From: Candidatus Tayloriibacteriota bacterium
Lineage (GTDB): Bacteria; Patescibacteriota; Minisyncoccia; Phycocordibacterales; UBA6065
Assembly (NCBI GenBank): GCA_016215405.1
Contig: JACRJQ010000002.1
Location: 59,597 to 123,596, forward strand
Direction: 5' to 3'
DNA: 64,000 bases
Made by a program: the position numbers and the translations under genes. Below the pieces are notes generated by a model. The model had not been told where the DNA came from and did not search any database. It worked only from the letters and a program-made list of their open reading frames with translations. Shown one piece after another: positions 37,117-45,444 of the stretch (the first letter of the stretch is position 1; each line of letters starts with the position of its first letter).

Positions 37117-38214
37117 TTAGATCATGAATTCCATCACGTCTCCGTCTTTGACTATGTATTCCTTGCCTTCGGTGCGCACCCACCCTTTCTCTCGAGCCGC
37201 TCCGTACGAGCCCGCTTCGAGGAGCTTGTCCCACTCGATCACCTGAGCCCGGACGAACTTGTCCTTGAAGTCCGTATGGATAGCGGTGCCTGCGAGAGGC
37301 GCCGTCCAGCCCCTCTGTATCGTCCAGCCTCGGGTCTCTTTTTCGCCCGTCGTAAAGTATGTGATGAGCCCTAACATCTCGTAGCTTTTCCGTATGAGGG
37401 CGTCTATGCCGCTCTTGTCCGCTCCGAGGCCGGCGCGCATCTCGACCTTCTCCTCTTCACTCATCTCTTTAAGCTCGTTCTCGATACCCGCGTCTACCAC
37501 CACATAGGTGGAGCCGGTCTCCTTGAAGAACGCGAGGAGCTTCTGATACCTCTCGTCGTTCGTCTCGTCGAGGTTTCGGCCTCCGGATTTCTTATTGAGG
37601 ACGTAGAGGATCTTCTTCGAGGTCAGGAGGTGGATGTTATGGAGGAGAGGCGCCTCGTATTCGTCGGGCGTAACGGAAGAAGCGAGCTTTCCCGCCTCGA
37701 GGGCCGCCTGCAGCCTCTCGAGGAGGCCCATCTCTATAATGGCCTCCTTCTTGCCCGCCTTCACCTCCTTGCCGAGGTTCTGCGCCCGCTTCGTCACGGT
37801 CTGGAGGTCTGCCATGATGAGCTCGAGGTTTATCACCTCTATATCGCCCATAGGATCTATCTTGTTCGACACGTGGATGATGTCGGGATCCTCGAATATC
37901 CTGACTACCTCCGCTATAGCGTCGGTCTCGCGGATGTTCGTGAGGAACTTGTTGCCGAGGCCTTCTCCTGCGGATGCGCCCTTGACGAGCCCGGCGATAT
38001 CGACGAACTCGACGGCCGCAGAGACTGTCTTTTGCGTCTTGGAGAACTCGGCGAGCTTATAGAGCCTCTCGTCAGGCACGGCGACCACGCCCACGGACGG
38101 ATCTATGGTCGCGAACGGATAGTTAGCGATGAGAACGCCTTTTTTCGTGAGAGCCGAGAAAAGCGTCGATTTGCCGACGTTCGGGAGTCCGACGATGCCT
38201 ATAGAGAGGGCCAT
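37117..38214 (-). CDS. ychF: Ribosome-binding ATPase YchF
   Basis: GLPNVGKST, NYPFATIDP, DIAGLVKGAS.GEGLGN.FL, EGKEYIVKDGD. Confidence 0.98.
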   Translation of the reverse strand: MALSIGIVGLPNVGKSTLFSALTKKGVLIANYPFATIDPSVGVVAVPDERLYKLAEFSKTQKTVSAAVEFVDIAGLVKGASAGEGLGNKFLTNIRETDAIAEVVRIFEDPDIIHVSNKIDPMGDIEVINLELIMADLQTVTKRAQNLGKEVKAGKKEAIIEMGLLERLQAALEAGKLASSVTPDEYEAPLLHNIHLLTSKKILYVLNKKSGGRNLDETNDERYQKLLAFFKETGSTYVVVDAGIENELKEMSEEEKVEMRAGLGADKSGIDALIRKSYEMLGLITYFTTGEKETRGWTIQRGWTAPLAGTAIHTDFKDKFVRAQVIEWDKLLEAGSYGAAREKGWVRTEGKEYIVKDGDVMEFMI

Positions 38215-38335
38215 TCGGTGTTGGATTTAGTGATAGACGGTAATACTAGCTCAGAAGGCCCCCTTTTTCAATTTTCTCCATCGATGCTATTGACTTTTCA
38301 GTATTTTATTATATTATTAATACTGAAATACCACC

Positions 38336-38782
38336 ATGAATACCGTTCCCACCGTCCTCATCCTCGAAAACAGTCCTCCTTGGGCAGAACTTTTCTCAAA
38401 AGTCATGCCCGAGGGCGTATCATCCGTCGTCGCGAGCCAAGCCGCGGCTTCGTCCGGAAAGTTCCGGTTCTTCAAGCACTCCCCCGTCCCCGAGGGAAAG
38501 CCCGAAGAAGTCGAAGTCGACATCGCGAAAATCGACGTCGTCATCATGAGCTACAAGACGTCGATCGCCGCGCCGAAAAGCGCCATCGACCTCATCGTCC
38601 ACTGGCGCCGAGCCGGCTTTGAAAAGCCGATCTTCATCGTCACGAGCCGCGGCGAAGAATGCATCGCCGAGCTCATGAAGAACGGAGTCTACAGCTCGAA
38701 CACCCCCGTGTTCAGCCGAGACTTCGACATGGCCACGGTCATGACCGCGGCGGTGACCCACGCCCTCAGCAAGAAGGACTGA
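38336..38782 (+). CDS. Degenerate receiver (CheY-like) domain protein
   Basis: VLILEN..., IDVVIMSY, PIFIVTS; has its own promoter and terminator. Confidence 0.55.
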   Translation: MNTVPTVLILENSPPWAELFSKVMPEGVSSVVASQAAASSGKFRFFKHSPVPEGKPEEVEVDIAKIDVVIMSYKTSIAAPKSAIDLIVHWRRAGFEKPIFIVTSRGEECIAELMKNGVYSSNTPVFSRDFDMATVMTAAVTHALSKKD

Positions 38783-38803
38783 GAAATCACGCGAAAACGC
38801 GCA

Positions 38804-38836
38804 CGGCCCGCTTCTCTCGAAGCGGGCCGTTTTTTA
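38804..38836 (+). terminator. Rho-independent terminator
   Basis: ACGGCCCGCT/AGCGGGCCGT plus T-tract. Confidence 0.7.
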
Positions 38837-39418
38837 TCTTCCCTTCCTGCCGAGCCTCTCGATTTTGGCGAGGAGCCTCTGCGCGCGCTCTGGAGGGATA
38901 TTCCTCATCCCCGAGAACCAAGTCTTCCTCACGGGAGCGAAGCCGGAGAATCTCAAGACGCCGCGAACCCAGCTGTTGATGTTTCCTCCGAAGAGCACCC
39001 AGAGCAAAAAAGGATGCGAGTCCGACGTCACGATGACGCGAGCCGAACGGCCCTTGAGCCTGCGGATCCAGCCGGGAATGGGGCCCTTTCTGAAATTAAA
39101 CGCAAACCCGGGCATCCACACGCGGTCGACGAGGCCCTTCATGAGAGCCGGCGTGTCCGACCACCATATCGGGAATACCGAGACGAAATGCTCGCACCAC
39201 TTCACGTCCTCCTGGAATTTTACGAGGTCAGGCTCGTATGGTTGTATGACCTTGTAGCCTCTGTGGAGGATGGGATCGAACTTCATGTCGGATATGCGGG
39301 TCAGGCGCACCTCGTGACCGGCGCTCTCCGCGCCTTTCCTGTAAGCATCCGCGAGAGAGCTCGAGAGCGAATCGCTATCGGGATTGCCGACGAATATGAA
39401 TATCTTCTTGCTCTTCAT
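38834..39418 (-). CDS. Flavodoxin-fold NAD(P)H-dependent (quinone) oxidoreductase
   Basis: GNP..DSLS, FPIWW..PALMKG..DRV..PGFAF. Confidence 0.9.
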   Translation of the reverse strand: MKSKKIFIFVGNPDSDSLSSSLADAYRKGAESAGHEVRLTRISDMKFDPILHRGYKVIQPYEPDLVKFQEDVKWCEHFVSVFPIWWSDTPALMKGLVDRVWMPGFAFNFRKGPIPGWIRRLKGRSARVIVTSDSHPFLLWVLFGGNINSWVRGVLRFSGFAPVRKTWFSGMRNIPPERAQRLLAKIERLGRKGR

Positions 39419-39419
39419 G

Positions 39420-39650
39420 CTATTTGCCCTGCATAAGCCTTGCGAGCTCTTCGCGATGCTTCGTCATTATCTCCATGGTCACCTGCTGCTGGTCCTTGCC
39501 CGATTTAAGCCCCTCTTGGAGCTCTTTCGCGAGGTTCTCGAAGAACGCCGGATTGCGCTCGACGAGGTCGAGGAGCGCCTCCTGCTCATTTTCCGGGACA
39601 TCTTTGAGCTGAGACTTCATGGCCTGCTTCATCAAAAATCTTTTGAGCAT
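39420..39650 (-). CDS. Small hypothetical protein
   Basis: 76-aa helical ORF tightly coupled to both neighbours. Confidence 0.7.
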   Translation of the reverse strand: MLKRFLMKQAMKSQLKDVPENEQEALLDLVERNPAFFENLAKELQEGLKSGKDQQQVTMEIMTKHREELARLMQGK

Positions 39651-39674
39651 TTCTTTGTTGTCTTAACGGTGGAG

Positions 39675-40961
39675 CTACTTTATCAAAAAAGGCTTTCGGT
39701 CGCTATAGACCTCCAAAGGGACCCTGTCCCAGCAGGCGACGACATGATCCGCGTAGCCCCAGAGAGCCTCGATCTCTTCGGGACCGACGAACTCTCTCTC
39801 CGACCCATAGAGCGCGGCGAGGATGATGTTGCCGTAAGCGTCGTAGGATCGAGGGACTTCGAACACCTCCTTTGAGCCGTCTCGATTCTCTATCACTATC
39901 TCTTGCTTCGGCTGTATAGAGAACCTCATCCTCTTCGGAAGGCCAGAGATATCCTTGAAGCATATCTCCGCGAACGCCTCCGCGACCTGCATCTTCTTGC
40001 CGGATTCGAGGACAAGAGGTACGCTCTTAAGCTTCCCCGACCTCAAGGAGGTCTCGACATGAAAAGAGGTTTCCGTCTGCGAACCGACCCTCACCCCTCT
40101 CTCGGCCTCATAGCCCTCATACTGCCCCCGCCGCGAGAGGTCGCAGGTGTTCGCGGGAGGGACGAGCCTTTTTATGAAGTCCGCGCGTGCCTCCTGCCAA
40201 GAGCCGGCCGTAGAAAGGTCCGCCCCGAGGGCGGCGAGCGTCTCGAGCATGTGGTTCTGGCCCACGTCCCTAAAGGCGCCGACTCCTTCATACGACGCCC
40301 CCCTGCCGTCTATGCCCTTGGTCTCGAAGAGCCGCACTCGGATCGAGGAAACAGCCTCCGACGACACGAGGTCGCTCATATGAGTCGCTCTCTCGTGGAG
40401 ATCCATGATGGCTCGGACAGTATCTTTGCCTAGATAATGGTCCACTCGCAGTATCTGGTCCGGATCGAGCTTGGAGGCGAGGAGCCTGTCGAGGGCGCAG
40501 GCGCTCTTTTGGTCGGTCCCGAACGGCTTCTCTATCATGATCTTCCCTCTCTTGCCCCGTTCGAGGACGCGCGACCTTACGAGGTCCTTGAACGCCGGCG
40601 AGTAGAGATCGGGAGCCAGAGAGAAATACACCAAAAGCTCAGCGCTCGGGTCTTCGGCGAGCATGCGGTCGAGCCGCGCCTTAAGCTCCTTATAGCCCAC
40701 TCCCGCAGCGATATCCACCTTCGAATAGGAGATCGCCGCTGCGAACGACGGTTCGGCCGGGCGGCCCCTTTGTCCCTCGAAAAAAGACAAAAAGCCCGCG
40801 TCGTCCCACTCTCGCCTCGAGACGGCGACGACCTTCGACGAGGCCCCGATCTCGCCAGCCGAGACCAAGGACTCTATAGCAGGCAATATCTTCTTCGCCG
40901 CGAGGTCTCCCGTCGCGCCGAATAGCACGAATATCATGTCTTTCTTCGAAACGCCTTTCAT
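39675..40961 (-). CDS. zwf: Glucose-6-phosphate dehydrogenase
   Basis: FGATGDLA, IEKPFG, RVDHYLGK, RDVGQNH. Confidence 0.93.
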   Translation of the reverse strand: MKGVSKKDMIFVLFGATGDLAAKKILPAIESLVSAGEIGASSKVVAVSRREWDDAGFLSFFEGQRGRPAEPSFAAAISYSKVDIAAGVGYKELKARLDRMLAEDPSAELLVYFSLAPDLYSPAFKDLVRSRVLERGKRGKIMIEKPFGTDQKSACALDRLLASKLDPDQILRVDHYLGKDTVRAIMDLHERATHMSDLVSSEAVSSIRVRLFETKGIDGRGASYEGVGAFRDVGQNHMLETLAALGADLSTAGSWQEARADFIKRLVPPANTCDLSRRGQYEGYEAERGVRVGSQTETSFHVETSLRSGKLKSVPLVLESGKKMQVAEAFAEICFKDISGLPKRMRFSIQPKQEIVIENRDGSKEVFEVPRSYDAYGNIILAALYGSEREFVGPEEIEALWGYADHVVACWDRVPLEVYSDRKPFLIK

Positions 40962-41037
40962 GATGCTCCAGTATAAACGAAACCGAACTAAAAGCCCCGC
41001 GCGGACGCGGGGCTCGGATAGAAGGACAGGCGGGCCG

Positions 41038-41496
41038 TCAGAAGCTTAAGGTCTTCATCACGACCATCCGTATCGGCAAGATGAACATCTTGTCGAAAAC
41101 GACGAAGGGGTCGTTCGGGAGCTGACGCGGGCTGTAGGTATACGACACCTTCGACCTCAGGCGGATCGAGCTGTCGTCGTCGTGGCGCAGATAGAGCCCT
41201 TTGGTCAGAAAGTCCGGAGAATCGAAGTTGCCCTCGATAGACCGGATGCCTTTGGAGAGGAAGTCTTGCGGCTCGCTCTCCTTCGCTTTGGCGAGATGGA
41301 GCTCGAGGCTCCGTATCGCAGTAGAGAGCTCCAGATCGGCTCTCTTCACGAACGTTCCGCCAGGGATCTGCTCTGAGCCGTAGCGGAACCGGGGATCCGA
41401 CCTGAGGGCATCGCGCCATCCGGACGACTGTCCGAAGGCCGAGGAACCGGCGAGCGTGAACAAAGCGCACGCGAGCGCTGCATGGAGAGCATTCAT
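41038..41496 (-). CDS. Hypothetical secreted protein
   Basis: Signal-peptide-like MNALHAALACALFTLAGSSAFG; flanking hairpins. Confidence 0.55.
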   Translation of the reverse strand: MNALHAALACALFTLAGSSAFGQSSGWRDALRSDPRFRYGSEQIPGGTFVKRADLELSTAIRSLELHLAKAKESEPQDFLSKGIRSIEGNFDSPDFLTKGLYLRHDDDSSIRLRSKVSYTYSPRQLPNDPFVVFDKMFILPIRMVVMKTLSF

Positions 41497-41606
41497 GGGG
41501 TGAAAAGGGGTTTGGGATAAGTATAGGCGCGGACCACAGGAAGTCCATGGAGTTATGCACAAATCAAAATGCCCGCGCGGAAGGTCGCGGGCATTCGTTT
41601 CCTGGC

Positions 41607-41912
41607 TCAGGCGAAGCGCGGAGGGTCCGCACAGTCGTAGGGAGAGCGAACGAGCGGCAACTCACGCCCGTCGCGCCGTTGGAACGAGGGGTGAATAACC
41701 GGAAGCTTTTGGAGGGCTTCCGTCGGCAGCCTCGCGCTTTCGAGCGAGGCTAAGTCGATCCTCGCTAAGGTGCGAGTATCGCTCGGTATGGCTGCTTTCG
41801 AGCCAGGAAAATGGTCTTGCGAGGATGTTTGCCTCGCAGACGGATTCTGATTTGAGGAAAGGACGAGGGACGCGGTGAGAAGCGCCCCAGACAAGAGGAG
41901 CTTCTTTAGCAT
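41607..41912 (-). CDS. Hypothetical secreted protein
   Basis: Signal-peptide-like MLKKLLLSGALLTASLVLS. Confidence 0.5.
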   Translation of the reverse strand: MLKKLLLSGALLTASLVLSSNQNPSARQTSSQDHFPGSKAAIPSDTRTLARIDLASLESARLPTEALQKLPVIHPSFQRRDGRELPLVRSPYDCADPPRFA

Positions 41913-41988
41913 GCGTGAAAGGGGTTTCTGGAGCCGGTCTTGAGTCTAGGCGATGACATCCGTCTTGTAAAGCGCTCCTTGTGGAGAC

Positions 41989-43248
41989 CTACCTCGCTTC
42001 GCCCAAATACGGCACAGAAAGGCGTTTCGACGATCCCCTCGGCATAAAAAGAGCTTTCTTCTCCCTTCTCCTCTCGCGATGGAGGGAGCGGGAGCTCGAA
42101 GCCATATGGACGAGGCTCTTCCCGTACTTCTTGTTGATCCTATCGACCGCTTCGAGCACCTTGCCTCCCTTCTCCGCCGCCCGCGCTCCCCCGAAGAGAT
42201 CCTCCTGAACGGCCTCTTCCGGGACCAGGCCGCAGAGGATCGCTCCCGTCGCGCGATAGAGGCGGCCCCGTTCGAATATCTCGTCGAAAGCTTTTTTCGC
42301 CTCCCTTACGATCTGGAACGAGCCGTTCGAGGGCAGAGAGAGCTTTCGCGAAGCGTTCGCATACGAGAGATCCTTGGTCTTGAGATAGACGGAGACGTCC
42401 TTGGCATAGAGGCCGAGCTCGCGGGCCCTCCGGCACGCGCCCTCGAGGTTCTTCGACAGCTCGGAAAATACGTACGAAGAATCGTCGCTCGCCGGAAAGA
42501 ACGTCCTTGTCTTCATGATAGACCTTTGAGGCTCGCTCCCCGTCGCGACTGGATGGACCGACACCCCGTTAAGCTCGAGATGCATCTCTTCTAGAGGCTT
42601 CGAGAAGCTCTCGCTCACCCATGCCGCAGGCTTTGAAGCGAGGTCGAGGGCCGTCGTTATCCCCTTCTTTCGCAGAGATATCGCCGTCGCAGAACCTATG
42701 CCCCAGACCTTATCTACGGGAGTCTTGCCAAGCAAAGAGGTCACATCTTCAGGACATACGATCGTGAGGCCGTCCGGCTTCTTCGATTTAGAAGCCATCT
42801 TCGCGAGGGATTTCGTCGAGGCGAGGCCGAGCGACACGGATATCCCAAGCTCTTTCCCGATCTCGCCCTTTAGGCGCGAGAGCACGGGCAAGGGATCCTT
42901 CTTAAATCCCGGCACGTCCGTGAAATCGGCGAAGCACTCGTCGATGGAATACTCCTCGACGACGTCGGTGTAGCGCCTCACGATATCCATCATCCGCTTC
43001 GAGAACACGGCATACGATTCATAGTCTGAGTCCACCACCGCGACCTGCGGGAACTGTCGGCGTATCTGGAATATGGGCATGGCGCGAGTGATGCCGAGCG
43101 CTTTCGCCTCGTAGGACATCGCCGAGGCGATGCCGCGCTCCTGGCCCGTTACGACCGGACGCCCGCGAAGCCTCGGGTCCTTCGCCGCCTCCACGGAGAC
43201 GAAGAACGCGTCGCCGTCGAGATGCATGATGTATCTTCGTCCCTTCAT
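41989..43248 (-). CDS. dinB: Y-family translesion DNA polymerase (DinB/UmuC)
   Basis: HLDGDAFFVSVE, SYEAK, YSIDE, LAKMAS...KPDG, VWGIG; C-terminal D.IN.KYG as in UmuC. Confidence 0.93.
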   Translation of the reverse strand: MKGRRYIMHLDGDAFFVSVEAAKDPRLRGRPVVTGQERGIASAMSYEAKALGITRAMPIFQIRRQFPQVAVVDSDYESYAVFSKRMMDIVRRYTDVVEEYSIDECFADFTDVPGFKKDPLPVLSRLKGEIGKELGISVSLGLASTKSLAKMASKSKKPDGLTIVCPEDVTSLLGKTPVDKVWGIGSATAISLRKKGITTALDLASKPAAWVSESFSKPLEEMHLELNGVSVHPVATGSEPQRSIMKTRTFFPASDDSSYVFSELSKNLEGACRRARELGLYAKDVSVYLKTKDLSYANASRKLSLPSNGSFQIVREAKKAFDEIFERGRLYRATGAILCGLVPEEAVQEDLFGGARAAEKGGKVLEAVDRINKKYGKSLVHMASSSRSLHRERRREKKALFMPRGSSKRLSVPYLGEAR

Positions 43249-43541
43249 GTATATTTGCGTATGACTGCGATCACTACCGCCTCGACTTTCGCGCCCTGCT
43301 TTGAGAGAGAGTCGAAACGGACCATCTTAAACTCTCCGTCGTCTACGGCGATCACTATATCCATCTCCTTCGGCGTCTTTGACCTATCGACGATGACGAG
43401 GTCGCCTTCGAGTATCCCGGCATCGCGCATCGAATCGGTCGCGGCGCGAAGCATAAAGGAAGCCTCCTTGTTCTCAACAAGATAATCGTCTAGAGACATG
43501 GTATCGAGAGCGCCGTCTTCGTCGTGTGTGCGAAAACCCAT
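43245..43541 (-). CDS. UmuD'-like S24 family protein lacking the N-terminal arm
   Basis: MGF...LDDYLV...DSM.DAGI..GDLVIVD...DIVIA..DGEF; overlaps the polymerase start by 4 nt. Confidence 0.85.
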   Translation of the reverse strand: MGFRTHDEDGALDTMSLDDYLVENKEASFMLRAATDSMRDAGILEGDLVIVDRSKTPKEMDIVIAVDDGEFKMVRFDSLSKQGAKVEAVVIAVIRKYT

Positions 43542-43548
43542 GCGTGAA

Positions 43549-43576
43549 GTATAAGTGAACCAGAGTTCACTTACAA
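43549..43576 (-). promoter_or_regulatory. sigma70 promoter with a LexA-type operator (GAAC-N4-GTTC) between -35 and -10
   Basis: Minus strand TTGTAA-16-TATACT; inverted repeat TAAGTGAAC-caga-GTTCACTTA at 43552-43573. Confidence 0.75.
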
Positions 43577-43597
43577 GGATGGGCTCGCTGCTCAGGG

Positions 43598-43668
43598 TGG
43601 ACCTAGGGGGAATCGAACCCCCGCCTCGTCAATGCGAATGACGCGTCGTACCACTAGACTATAGGCCC
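43598..43668 (-). tRNA. tRNA-Ala(CGC)
   Basis: Cloverleaf, G3-U70 pair, anticodon arm CGTCA-TTCGCAT-TGACG. Confidence 0.95.
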
Positions 43669-43689
43669 GTTAAGGGACAGTATCCCTTG

Positions 43690-43763
43690 TGCGCCCTGGA
43701 AGATTCGGACTTCCGGCCTCTCGCGTGTGAAGCGAGCGCTCTGACCGACTGAGCTAAGGACGC
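43690..43763 (-). tRNA. tRNA-Val(CAC)
   Basis: Cloverleaf, CTCGC-TTCACAC-GCGAG; T-loop TCCGAAT. Confidence 0.92.
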
Positions 43764-43769
43764 TCTAAG

Positions 43770-43840
43770 TGGACCTACCGGGAATCGAACCCGGCACTCA
43801 TCCATGCCATGGATGCGTATTACCGATATACTATAGGCCC
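43770..43840 (-). tRNA. tRNA-Ala(GGC)
   Basis: Cloverleaf, G3-U70, CATCC-ATGGCAT-GGATG. Confidence 0.95.
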
Positions 43841-43912
43841 TCGCGGGATATATCTTACTACAAAGTTTGATAATTTGAAGCTTTTAAGCTATATTATCGC
43901 AGTCAGAAAAGC

Positions 43913-43985
43913 GGGCCCTTAGCTCATCTGGTAGAGCACCTCATTTGCAATGAGGGGGTGGCAGGTTCGAGTCCTGTAGGGTCCA
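43913..43985 (+). tRNA. tRNA-Ala(TGC)
   Basis: Cloverleaf, G3-U70, CCTCA-TTTGCAA-TGAGG. Confidence 0.96.
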
Positions 43986-43991
43986 CAAAAC

Positions 43992-44016
43992 AAGTCCGCC
44001 TCTCGGCGGACTTTTT
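43992..44016 (+). terminator. Terminator after tRNA-Ala(TGC)
   Basis: AAGTCCGCC/GGCGGACTT plus T-tract. Confidence 0.8.
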
Positions 44017-44018
44017 GA

Positions 44019-44147
44019 TGGACCCTAAAAAAAGCGCCGGGGCGCTTTTGTCAGGACTCGAACGGCGGAGCGGGACCCAGATTAGCAAATCTGGGAGCGA
44101 GCCGGTGCCTAGACAAATCTGAGCGACGGCGAGGATTTAGTCGAGGG
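44019..44147 (+). repeat. Structured repeat element with an inverted tRNA-Ala 3' end (related to 14028-14194)
   Basis: TGGACCCTA[24 nt]CAGGACTCGAAC, then GGCGGAGC, a hairpin, GCGAGCCGG and GAGCGACGGCGAGG. Confidence 0.6.
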
Positions 44148-44165
44148 AGAGATCCTCATAGCCCC

Positions 44166-44651
44166 CTACTCGCATGCGACTTCGTTCGCCTCGAGGTTCG
44201 CTGTGACTATCCTGGCCGCACCGCCCGAATCTATGCACCACATAAGGGGCGCTCCCGAGGAGGTGCCCTTAAGAGGCGTCTCTGCGGCATAATTCGAGCC
44301 GTTTTCGTGGCATGTCACGATATCGAACGCCCCTGCGGTCGAGAGGGATATGTTGAGAGGCTGCGTCGTCGTGCCCCACGCCTCCTGAGCCTTGAGGAGA
44401 TTATATTCAAGGGTCTTCCCGCCGTTAGGCGAGGGTATCGATCCGCAGACGCCGGCATAGGAATTCCCGTTGTCTCCGTAATAGAGCTCGGCCGCCGTGC
44501 GTGCGTCATGCATATTGGACTTTATGAGGGCGTCCGTCCCCTTCTGCTTGCTCGAAGCTATGTTGCCGAGGACGATCGAAGATATGATGCCTATGATCGC
44601 GATCGATATGAGGAGCTCGACAAGGGTAAATCCTTTCCTAGAGTAGGTCAT
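44166..44651 (-). CDS. Type IV pilin-like protein
   Basis: Prepilin site RKG|FTLVELL plus hydrophobic helix; C-terminal Cys pairs. Confidence 0.92.
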   Translation of the reverse strand: MTYSRKGFTLVELLISIAIIGIISSIVLGNIASSKQKGTDALIKSNMHDARTAAELYYGDNGNSYAGVCGSIPSPNGGKTLEYNLLKAQEAWGTTTQPLNISLSTAGAFDIVTCHENGSNYAAETPLKGTSSGAPLMWCIDSGGAARIVTANLEANEVACE

Positions 44652-44741
44652 TTCACAATCGTACCAGCTCTCTCGATATTCGCGAAAGCCGTTATCCCCG
44701 CAGCCACGCGACCGGAACGCGGAAAATGCTAGAATACAGCC

Positions 44742-45311
44742 ATGATAAAGCCATTCGCAGAGAGAGCGCACGACAAGATGCGGGAGGTCCTCATGGATCC
44801 CGACGCCCAAGGCCCCGAGACCCACTACTACATGATCCGAGGCGGCAAAGACAAAAGGAACATAACCGTCTGGGAGCCCGGCACTGTCGCCGGAGAGTAC
44901 ATAAAATCCTACGGCCACTATCATGTAGGCAAGCTCGACGAGACGTATACGATACTCGCAGGCGAAGGATACGTCCTCATGCAGACGAGGAAGGCCGGAA
45001 GCGACGGGTCCCCTATCGACGACGAGATCGACTCTTTCAAGGCGGTAAAGGTAAAGGCCGGAGACTCTGTATTCATCCCGTCGGGGGCGGGGCATCTCGC
45101 CGTAAATACCGGAAACACCTGGCTCGTCACCTCGGACGACAGTCCTGTCGATTTCGGAGAGAAAAACGCGGCGTCCCTGCCCGGACATGCCGATTACGAG
45201 CCTTTCAAGAGGCTCCGCGGAGCGGCATATTACGTCATCGACAGAGATGGCAAACCGGAGTTCGTAAAGAACCCTCAGTATAGGAACATCCCTCCCGTAG
45301 AGCTCTCTTAG
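44742..45311 (+). CDS. Cupin-type (archaeal-like) glucose-6-phosphate isomerase
   Basis: PG....EY.K.YGHYH, E.Y....GEG...MQ, IP...GH...N. Confidence 0.85.
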   Translation: MIKPFAERAHDKMREVLMDPDAQGPETHYYMIRGGKDKRNITVWEPGTVAGEYIKSYGHYHVGKLDETYTILAGEGYVLMQTRKAGSDGSPIDDEIDSFKAVKVKAGDSVFIPSGAGHLAVNTGNTWLVTSDDSPVDFGEKNAASLPGHADYEPFKRLRGAAYYVIDRDGKPEFVKNPQYRNIPPVELS

Positions 45312-45355
45312 AGATCTCTAAGAACCTGAAATAAATTCAGAACGACCTTTTTCTG

Positions 45356-45395
45356 CAGCTAAAAACAGTATCATATATGATACTGTTTTTAGCTG
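45356..45395. repeat. Palindromic repeat copy 2 (40 bp)
   Basis: CAG-CTAAAAACAGTATCATATATGATACTGTTTTTAG-CTG. Confidence 0.95.
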
Positions 45396-45444
45396 TTTCT
45401 GAACGGACCTTGCGTCGAACCTTATCTGGAACCGCACAGAGCGA

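Noticed and set aside
43245-43541. lexA repressor
   Set aside because: No N-terminal DNA-binding domain; the sequence aligns with UmuD' and is coupled to a Y-family polymerase
44652-45188. N-terminal extension of the pilin ORF (340 aa)
   Set aside because: Antisense to the cupin PGI; the prepilin motif fixes the start at 44651
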